NCBI GenBank assembly: GCA_052390515.1
Contig: JBQTGV010000077.1
Location: 1-15,650 of the forward strand
Direction: 5' to 3'
Source of the DNA: Candidatus Eiseniibacteriota bacterium
GTDB taxonomy: Bacteria > ARS69
DNA length: 15,650 nt
The position numbers and the translations under genes are program-made. The notes below the pieces were generated by a model. That model searched no databases, had not been told where the DNA came from, and saw nothing but the letters and a program-made list of their open reading frames with translations. Shown here piece by piece: positions 6,552 to 13,306 of the stretch (position 1 is the stretch's first letter; each line of letters starts with the position of its first letter).

Positions 6552-7886
6552 GTGCAGATCTCCGGCAACACCGCAGTCCTCCCCCTCTTCGATCTCGTGC
6601 AGATGCTGTCGGTCAACGAGGCGACCGGCATGCTCAAGGTCGAGAACCACACCGAGCGCGGGTATCTCTACCTGCAGCAAGGCCGCGTCATCAACGCGCT
6701 GGACGGCGACCATCGCGACGGCGAGGACGCCGCGAAGCGGGTCTTCGCGCTGCGCGATGCGCAGTACTCGTTCTCGCTCGAGCTGCCCAGCGTCGCCGAA
6801 CGTATCCAGTGCTCGACGCAGAACCTCATGATGGAGGTCGCCCGGCAGCTGGACGAGGAGGGTATCGGTGTCGACGGCGGTACGTCGCCGACCGACCGCG
6901 TGCGCGAGGTGCAGCAAGCCACCGACGCCCTGCACCGCATCTTCCGGGAGCTGGATACCGACTCGCGGATCCTCTCCCTGCGCGCGAACCTCGGAGTGAC
7001 CATCGCAGACCTGCTCGCGCCGCTGCGCGCCACCGCCGGTGCGGTGCTGCACCTGCGGGAGGGAGCGCTGCCCGAGACCCGGGACGGCGTGCGCATGTCA
7101 CCGGTGGGCTCGACGCCGCTCGACCGGCGAGGCTACCAGGAGGTACGCGATCTCCTGCTGCGCGGGGCAACGGCGCTGGGCCCGGTCGGCGGTGAGGTGG
7201 ACGCGTACCGTCTCTCTCTCGGCCCGAACGAGCGCTATCGGGTGGAGCGGATCCGCTGGACGGCGGGCGAGATGATCACGGTGCGGTTCGCGCCGGACGA
7301 GGCGGAGCTCGTCGCCGCGCTCCCCTGGCCGGCGGCGACGCTGACCGAGCTGCTGCGCGCTCCGGGGGCCGTCGTGCTGGTGACCGCGCCGGAGTACCCG
7401 GATGCGGCGGGCGGATTCGCCGCCGCCTGCGCCCACTTCCTGAGCTCCGAGACCGGACCGGTGATCGCATTCGCGCGACGCTGGACGCCGTCCACGCGCC
7501 GCGCCGGAGCGATCCTGCTGTCGACGTTGCTCCAGCACGACCGCGCGGAGGGGATGCGCCTCGTCGACAGGCTCGCCCCCTCGCTCGTCGCCGTGGAGGA
7601 CGCCGACTGCCGCCCGGCGCTCGCCGCCGCGCTGCGCGCCCTTCGCGCGGGATCGAGAGCGCTCATCGGGGTGTGCGCGCCGGCCCCCGCTCACGTGCTG
7701 GAGCGGATCCTGGACGGCGTCTCGCCCGCGGAACGGGCCTCCTGGCTCGCGCTCCTGGGCGGCGGACTGGGTGCAGTGCTCACCGCCGGCGGCGACATCT
7801 TGCCGGTGGACGGGAGCGCCCGGTCCGCGGTTCTCGCCGGTGACGCCGGCCCCCTCATGGCCGCGCTGGTGCACGGAGCCGGCTGA
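6552..7886 (+). CDS. DUF4388/PATAN-like domain fused to a degenerate (P-loop-less) PilT-like domain (444 aa)
   Basis: N-terminal ISGNTAVLPLFDLVQMLSVNEATGMLKV...GYLYLQQGRVINA...STQNLMMEVARQLDE matches the DUF4388 pattern. Residues ~150-444 align colinearly by eye with the upstream PilT but lack the Walker A/B, Asp and His boxes. GTG start 9 nt after the pilT stop, with AGGAAG upstream. Confidence 0.85.
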   Translation: MQISGNTAVLPLFDLVQMLSVNEATGMLKVENHTERGYLYLQQGRVINALDGDHRDGEDAAKRVFALRDAQYSFSLELPSVAERIQCSTQNLMMEVARQLDEEGIGVDGGTSPTDRVREVQQATDALHRIFRELDTDSRILSLRANLGVTIADLLAPLRATAGAVLHLREGALPETRDGVRMSPVGSTPLDRRGYQEVRDLLLRGATALGPVGGEVDAYRLSLGPNERYRVERIRWTAGEMITVRFAPDEAELVAALPWPAATLTELLRAPGAVVLVTAPEYPDAAGGFAAACAHFLSSETGPVIAFARRWTPSTRRAGAILLSTLLQHDRAEGMRLVDRLAPSLVAVEDADCRPALAAALRALRAGSRALIGVCAPAPAHVLERILDGVSPAERASWLALLGGGLGAVLTAGGDILPVDGSARSAVLAGDAGPLMAALVHGAG

Positions 7887-7911
7887 CCGGAACGCGCCGT
7901 TCGCGTACGAT
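7883..7911 (+). promoter_or_regulatory. Putative sigma70-type leaderless promoter for the HD gene
   Basis: CTGACC(7883-7888)-N17-TACGAT(7906-7911)-N6-ATG(7918), with no SD. Confidence 0.6.
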
Positions 7912-7917
7912 CCGCGC

Positions 7918-8490
7918 ATGTCCGTCCCGACGCGCGCCGAGGCCTGGGCCATCCTCACCGAATTCACGCAAAGCAATGCGCTGCGCAAGCACGCGCTCGC
8001 GGTCGAGGCCGGGATGCGCGCCTACGCCGCGAAGCTCGGCGGCGATCCGGAGGTCTGGGGGGTCGTCGGTCTGCTGCACGACTTCGATTACGAGCGCCAC
8101 CCGTCGCTGGAGGAGCATCCGTTCCGTGGTGCCGAGATCCTCGCGCAGCGCGGCGTGGACGAGAGCGTCCGCACCGCCATCCTCTCGCACGGGGACCACA
8201 CCGGCGTGCCGCGGGACGATCCCATGAAGAAGGCACTCTTCGCCGTCGACGAGCTCAGCGGGTTCCTGACCGCGTGCGCGCTCGTCCGTCCCTCGAAGAA
8301 GATCGCCGAGGTCCCGGTCGACTCGGTGAAGAAGAAGCTGAAGGACAAGGCGTTCGCACGAACCGTGAACCGCGACGACGTGCGCCGCGGAGCCGAGGAG
8401 CTGGGCGTCGCGCTCGACGAGCACATCGCGTTCGTCCGCGACGCGATGGCGGGCGTCGCCCGCGAGTTGGGGCTCGACGGCGGAGGCTGA
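7918..8490 (+). CDS. HD-superfamily (HDIG/COG2316-like) metal-dependent hydrolase (190 aa)
   Basis: MSVPTRAEAW..., LRKHALAVEA, GLLHDFDYE (HD motif), AILSH, LFAVDELSG and KKKLKDKAFA, all typical of this conserved family. Confidence 0.92.
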   Translation: MSVPTRAEAWAILTEFTQSNALRKHALAVEAGMRAYAAKLGGDPEVWGVVGLLHDFDYERHPSLEEHPFRGAEILAQRGVDESVRTAILSHGDHTGVPRDDPMKKALFAVDELSGFLTACALVRPSKKIAEVPVDSVKKKLKDKAFARTVNRDDVRRGAEELGVALDEHIAFVRDAMAGVARELGLDGGG

Positions 8491-8505
8491 GCGGGAGGAC
8501 TCGTG

Positions 8506-8665
8506 AGCGCTCCGTCCGGGAAGAAGTTTCTCTGACGGCCTCGCTCAAGCCCGCTCGCCGCCTGGCTCGCTCGCATCGTTGCCGCCGGCCTCCGCCGTCC
8601 GTGGCTCCGGCTGCGGCGGCTACGACGCGAGACCGTCAGAGAAACTCATTCCCAGACGGAACACT
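8506..8665. repeat. MITE/REP-like non-autonomous element with 39-bp imperfect terminal inverted repeats
   Basis: 8506-8544 matches the reverse complement of 8627-8665 at 33/39 positions. A second internal IR (8571-8587 / 8614-8630) matches at 15/17. The element lies between convergent genes and encodes no transposase. Confidence 0.75.
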
Positions 8666-10556
8666 ACTCCGCTCCGCCCCGCGCACGCCGGAGCAGCCGC
8701 TGCGCGCGCTCGTCCGCCGGAGCGATCTCCAGCGCCCGGAGCGCGCTGCGCTCGGCGGACGCAGAGTCACCGAGGGATAGGGCGAGCCGCCCGAGGTGGA
8801 CGATGGGGCTCGCGTAGCCGGGATCCCTCGCGGCCGAGGCGACGAAGAGCGATTCCGCGGCCGCCGCCTCGCCGAGGTTCATCGCGCAGAGCCCGGCGTT
8901 GTTCAACGCCTCCGCTGCCAGGACCTCGTCCTCCGCGGCCATGGCCACGAAGATCTCCTTCGCCGCCGCGAAGTCGCCGGCCTGGAACAGCCGGTTCGCC
9001 TCGGCCAGTCCCTGCGCGCGTGCTCCCGCCGGCCCCGCCCCGAGCGCGGCGGCGCGCGCCGCCTCCTCGGCCGCCTCGCGCACGCGGCCCATCCGGCCGA
9101 GCACTTCGGCGAGCTTGCTGCGGCTCGGCGGCCAGGCCGGATCGATGGCGATCGAGCGGCGCAGGAGCTCCTCCGCCTCGGCCAGCTCGCCCGCGTCCGC
9201 GGCCAGCGTGCCGAAGTTGTAGTGGTCGACGCGCATGGAGTGCAGCCGGCGCAGGAACTCGTCGCGCCAGTTCACGCCCACGAACGCGCCGGCCAGGACC
9301 GCCCCCGCCAGCACCTGGCGTGACAGCGGACCGGCGCGGAGGATCCGCGTGGCACGCCCCGCCCCGACCGCGGCGAACAGCAGCAGGCTCGGCACGACCG
9401 GGTGGCGGTACTCCGACGACACGTAGAACGCGACGCAGGTCACGAGCGACACCGCCACGGGGATGGCCGGAACGAGCAGGCGCCGAAGATCCAGCAGCCC
9501 GAACACGGCGAACGGCAGCACCCACCCGAGGTGGACACGGAGAACCGCGAGCACCGGCGAATGCTCCATCGCGAAGTAGTACGAGAGGTTCGTCTGCGAC
9601 TCGGTCGCGCTGGCGAAGAAGCGCAGCTTGCGCAGCGCGAGCCGCAGGGCCCCGGCCGGTTCCTCCCGCCAGCGCCGCCACGTCTCGCCCGTCCAGAACG
9701 AGCTGGCCTGCGCCAGCGTGAGCTCTCTCCCGGCCCGCCGCGACGCCTCCGCGCGGTAGTCCTCGGCCTCGGACTCCGGTACCGGATTCGAGAGGAACGC
9801 GGGCTCGGAGTAGATCCCGGTCGCGCGCTCGTGGTTCCCGGCCCACAGCGCCATGCCTCCGTTCGCGCTGACCGGGACGAGCTCGCCGGACTCGCGCCAG
9901 TTGCGCACGGTCACGGGCAGGACGACGAGCGCGGCCGACAGGAAGCAGAGCGCGACCGGCGCCGCCGCGCCCTTGCCCCGGCGGAGCAACACCGCGGCGT
10001 AGGCAGGCAAGAGCAGCGCGTTGTTCGCCCGCCCGAGCACGAGAAGCCCGATCACGACGCCGAGCCCGGCGGCGGCACGCAGCCTTCCCGGCCCCGCGTC
10101 CAGCGCGAGGAGAACGGTCACCAGCGTCAGCGCCAGCAGAAGGCTCGGAGTGAGCAGCGCCCCGTCGTAGAAGATGGCCGGGCCGTACACCAGGAGCCCC
10201 ACCGCGGCGATGAGCCCCTCGCGCGGGCGACCGAGCCGATCGCCGAGCCTGGCGAGCAGCACGACGCTCGCCGCTCCCGCCAGCGACTGCAGCACGAGCG
10301 CAGCCAGCCGCCCGCCATCGCCGGCGCCGAAAGCCGAGTACACGGCGCCGAGGAACGCCCCGTAGAGCACGTTCATGAAGAACGGGCCGTCGGGGAAGCC
10401 GGCGCCCTCGGCGAGGCGCCGCCCGACGCCGTCGTAGAAGGCGGAGTCGATCAGCAGGTAACGGAAGAGCGGACCGTCGCGCAGCGCGGCGACGTGCAGC
10501 AGGCGGACCGCGAGCGCGCCGGCGAGGAGGAGGAGGTCGCGGCGCGTGCGGGTCAT
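8664..10556 (-). CDS. GT-C fold glycosyltransferase (ArnT/PMT_2/GT39-like) with C-terminal TPR repeats (630 aa)
   Basis: ATG at 10556 overlaps the upstream stop (ATGA) with a GAGGA SD. LIDSAFYD acidic loop after TM1, many TM helices, VTVRNW, NGGMALWAGN, SEYRHP, then TPRs (HYNFGTLA...LRRSIAIDP; ALNNAGLCAM). Confidence 0.85.
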   Translation of the reverse strand: MTRTRRDLLLLAGALAVRLLHVAALRDGPLFRYLLIDSAFYDGVGRRLAEGAGFPDGPFFMNVLYGAFLGAVYSAFGAGDGGRLAALVLQSLAGAASVVLLARLGDRLGRPREGLIAAVGLLVYGPAIFYDGALLTPSLLLALTLVTVLLALDAGPGRLRAAAGLGVVIGLLVLGRANNALLLPAYAAVLLRRGKGAAAPVALCFLSAALVVLPVTVRNWRESGELVPVSANGGMALWAGNHERATGIYSEPAFLSNPVPESEAEDYRAEASRRAGRELTLAQASSFWTGETWRRWREEPAGALRLALRKLRFFASATESQTNLSYYFAMEHSPVLAVLRVHLGWVLPFAVFGLLDLRRLLVPAIPVAVSLVTCVAFYVSSEYRHPVVPSLLLFAAVGAGRATRILRAGPLSRQVLAGAVLAGAFVGVNWRDEFLRRLHSMRVDHYNFGTLAADAGELAEAEELLRRSIAIDPAWPPSRSKLAEVLGRMGRVREAAEEAARAAALGAGPAGARAQGLAEANRLFQAGDFAAAKEIFVAMAAEDEVLAAEALNNAGLCAMNLGEAAAAESLFVASAARDPGYASPIVHLGRLALSLGDSASAERSALRALEIAPADERAQRLLRRARGGAE

Positions 10557-12619
10557 TCCTCGGCCCCGGCCAGCGCGAACACGTGCGTCAGCACGAGCGG
10601 TGCGCTGCCCGCTGCCTCCTCGACGAGCCGGATCCGGACGCGCGCCGCGCCGCGTCCCGGCGGGATCGCCGCCACCTGCTGCTCGTGGAAGAAGCCGCCG
10701 CCTGGCCCGTAGATCTCGACGGGCTGCTCGGCACCTCCGTCCACGGAGACGAGCGTTCGCTGGCGGATGCCTCCGGGCGTACGCGCCACCACGTTCACCG
10801 GCGACATCGGGTCCCGCGCGAGATCGAACTGGACCTCGCCGAAGACGGACCGCCCCGCGTCGATGATCTCGTCTCCGACGACTCCCGCGAAGGTCGCGCG
10901 GCGCACGAAGCTGCCGGCGTCCGCGCCGCGCTCGCCGTTCCGCCAAGTGAAGCGGTGCGCGCGCTCCGACGCCGGGTCCGCCACGTCCACCCGGTCCACG
11001 AGGCGCGCCGCCGGGCCACCCAGGCGGGGCCGGTCGCCCGACCCGGCGAGCGTCCAGTCGAACGTGGCCAGCACCTTCTCGGCGTCCACGATCGACGGCG
11101 CGAGCAGCCGCACGCTGCCGATGCGCCGGATCACGCCCAGGTCGTCGAACTCGAACCAGTTCGGGAAGAAGCAGAACCATCCGGGTCGATCCCGCGGCGG
11201 CCGCGCCTCGAGGCTCTCCCACAGGACGCCCGACCCCTGCGGCCACAAGCCGGCCATGCCCGGCGTCGTCAGGCCGATCAGGTCCAGCGTGCGACGCCCC
11301 GAGAAGTAGGCGATCGCGCCGGCGTCGTTGATGGCCACCACGGCATCCGGCGGGAGCGTCTCCGCGATCGTCTCGCCGAAACAGATCTGCATTCGGTCGA
11401 TGTCCTGGCAGTTGTCGCCGAAGGCGGCGGCGAAGAACACCACGGACACGGAGGCCGTCGCGACGAGCCAGCCGCGAGCGCCCGCGGCGATCGGTTCGCC
11501 GATGCGGCGCACTCCGACCGCCGTCCAGATCAGGAACACGGGGAGGATCGGCATCTGGTAGCGACTGAAGTGCGCATCGGGCTCCTCCAGTGCCGCCGTG
11601 GACACGAGGAGCGCGGCGACCCACGTCAACGCGACGAGTGCTGTCGCGGGCTTCCGCTCGCGCCACTCCCGCGCCGCCTCGGGCAGCACACCGATCAGGA
11701 AGAGGATCCCCGCGCCGGGCGGCACCCAGAGCGCCGCGCCCTCCGACTCGTAGGCGTAGAGCCCGCGTCCGTCCGCGAAGGGCGCGAGGCCGCCGAAGAG
11801 CGCGGCCGCCAGGCTGGCGGCGCGCAGCAGCGCGACGCGCAGCACGTCGAGGAGCGTCGCGCCGGGAACCGAGAAGAGCGTCTTCGCCAGGAGACCGCTG
11901 GAGCGCGCGTCCCCCGTCAGGGCCAGGTTCACGAGCGGCTGCACGAGCGAGGCGGCGAAGGGGAGCGCCGCCCAGGCGAGCCCGGCGCGCGCTTCGCGGT
12001 CGAGCAGCGCGCGCGCGACCCACAGCGCTGCGAGGGCGACGGCGAGCAGCGCACCCTCGGGCCGCGCGGTGGCCATCGTCGCCGCGGCGAGCGCCGCGCG
12101 TGCCGCCGGCCGTCCGCCCGACCGCACGAGCTCCGCGAACGCCCACGCGACCGTCGCCGAGAAGTACGCGATCTCCATGCCGCTCCACGCGCCCCAGTGC
12201 AGCGGGCCGGAGAGCAGGACGAGGATCGCGGCGAGCGGCATCACGCGCGGACCGGGGGGCGCGCCTTCGCCCGCCGTCCCGGCGAGCCCGGCCCCCGCCG
12301 CCCCGGCGAAGCGCACGCACGCCGCCAGGGCCACGCCCCCGAGGATCATCGCGAAGAAGATCATCGCCTTGCCGTCGAAGCCGAGCAGGGACCCGAGGCC
12401 GAGCAGGATCATCCACGGGAGGCTCGTCGTTCCCGTGGTGGGGGCCTCGCCGGGCTGGTATACGAACGGCTGGCCGGCGGCCGCCTGCCGCGCGTACTGG
12501 AAGTAGATGAACGAGTCGTCGAGCGGAAGGGACGGTCTGCCCCCGGTCGCGCGGAGCATGCACGCCAGGTAGACGACGCCGACGGCGAAGACGAGGAGGA
12601 GCGATCGCCGGAACGTCAC
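10553..12619 (-). CDS. Polytopic membrane protein, GT-C-type glycosyltransferase-like, with soluble C-terminal domain (688 aa)
   Basis: GTG overlaps the NUDIX stop (GTGA). LDDSFIYFQYA di-acidic motif after TM1, GTTSLPW, SGME, ARPEG, RYQMP and DAGAIAYFS..LDLIGL are motifs seen in uncharacterised GT-C-like membrane proteins. Confidence 0.78.
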   Translation of the reverse strand: MTFRRSLLLVFAVGVVYLACMLRATGGRPSLPLDDSFIYFQYARQAAAGQPFVYQPGEAPTTGTTSLPWMILLGLGSLLGFDGKAMIFFAMILGGVALAACVRFAGAAGAGLAGTAGEGAPPGPRVMPLAAILVLLSGPLHWGAWSGMEIAYFSATVAWAFAELVRSGGRPAARAALAAATMATARPEGALLAVALAALWVARALLDREARAGLAWAALPFAASLVQPLVNLALTGDARSSGLLAKTLFSVPGATLLDVLRVALLRAASLAAALFGGLAPFADGRGLYAYESEGAALWVPPGAGILFLIGVLPEAAREWRERKPATALVALTWVAALLVSTAALEEPDAHFSRYQMPILPVFLIWTAVGVRRIGEPIAAGARGWLVATASVSVVFFAAAFGDNCQDIDRMQICFGETIAETLPPDAVVAINDAGAIAYFSGRRTLDLIGLTTPGMAGLWPQGSGVLWESLEARPPRDRPGWFCFFPNWFEFDDLGVIRRIGSVRLLAPSIVDAEKVLATFDWTLAGSGDRPRLGGPAARLVDRVDVADPASERAHRFTWRNGERGADAGSFVRRATFAGVVGDEIIDAGRSVFGEVQFDLARDPMSPVNVVARTPGGIRQRTLVSVDGGAEQPVEIYGPGGGFFHEQQVAAIPPGRGAARVRIRLVEEAAGSAPLVLTHVFALAGAEE

Positions 12620-13143
12620 ACCGCGCGCCCCGCTGCGAGGTAGAGCGCCGTCGCCTGCAACGCGGCGACGCTCTTCGCGTCGCGAACCTCCTCCGTGGGA
12701 ATCCGGGCGAGGACCTCGGAAAGAGGAAGCCTATGCACCTCGATGACCTCGTCGTGCTCGAGCTGCCGCGGCGCGCTCGAGAGACCGCGCGCCAGGTACA
12801 GGTGGATGACCTCGTCGCAGAACCCGGGCGTGGTGAGGATCGACCCGAGCTTCACCCAGCGCTCGGCCGCGAGGCCGGCTTCCTCTTGCAGCTCGCGGCG
12901 CGCGCAATCCAGCGGGTCCTCTCCCGGGCGGTCGAGCTTCCCCGCGGGGACCTCCCAGAGCCAGCCGCCGGCCGCGTGGCGCCACTGCCGCAGCATGGCC
13001 ACCTCGCCGTTCTCGAAGAGCGGGACGCACGCCGCGGCGCCCGGATGGTGCATCACCTCCAGGCGCGTCACCACGCCGTTGGGCAGATGGGCGTCTTCGA
13101 TGGCCAGGTTGACCACGCGCCCTTCGTAGATTTTCTCGATCAA
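12616..13143 (-). CDS. nudF: NUDIX hydrolase, ADP-ribose pyrophosphatase-like (175 aa)
   Basis: TTG start at 13143 (MIEKIYEGRVVNL), HPGAA, LRQWR, Nudix box GKLDRPGEDPLDCARRELQEEAG, TPGFCDE and DAKS. Confidence 0.88.
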   Translation of the reverse strand: MIEKIYEGRVVNLAIEDAHLPNGVVTRLEVMHHPGAAACVPLFENGEVAMLRQWRHAAGGWLWEVPAGKLDRPGEDPLDCARRELQEEAGLAAERWVKLGSILTTPGFCDEVIHLYLARGLSSAPRQLEHDEVIEVHRLPLSEVLARIPTEEVRDAKSVAALQATALYLAAGRAV

Positions 13144-13213
13144 GCAGCCCCCGTCTGCGCGTGAAGGCGCCCCGGATCCCGGCGAAGGCGGGACGACGCC
13201 CCCGTTCGCTCGG

Positions 13214-13242
13214 TTGACGCGAGGCAACCGGGTCTCTAAAAT
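13214..13242 (+). promoter_or_regulatory. Near-consensus sigma70 promoter for the lipoprotein operon, with overlapping palindromic operator candidate
   Basis: TTGACG(13214-13219)-N17-TAAAAT(13237-13242). Dyad CGGTTG-N8-CAACCG at 13211-13230. Confidence 0.75.
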
Positions 13243-13306
13243 GGAGGCCGTCACGGACCAGCCCCCGGTCCGAACCGCGCTCGCGCCCCCTTGCTCAAGG
13301 AATTCC

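Noticed and set aside
4659-7052. N-terminal extensions of ORFs 4659..6542 (+), 4713..7052 (-) and 3379..5253 (-)
   Set aside because: The extensions are antisense or off-frame to real genes; family similarity starts at 5367, 5225 and about 4716 respectively.
8491-8663. CRISPR array or intrinsic terminator in the convergent intergenic region
   Set aside because: There are no direct repeats with spacers and no U-tract after either stem; described instead as an inverted-repeat element.
8664-12563. 1299-aa ORF read as one giant glycosyltransferase
   Set aside because: Only 10556-8664 is protein-like. The upstream part is an alternate frame of the 10553..12619 gene, and the ATGA overlap with an SD marks the true start.
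10583-12643. 686-aa plus-strand ORF and the other short track ORFs overlapping called genes
   Set aside because: These are antisense mirrors of real genes with biased composition and no recognisable motifs or start signals.
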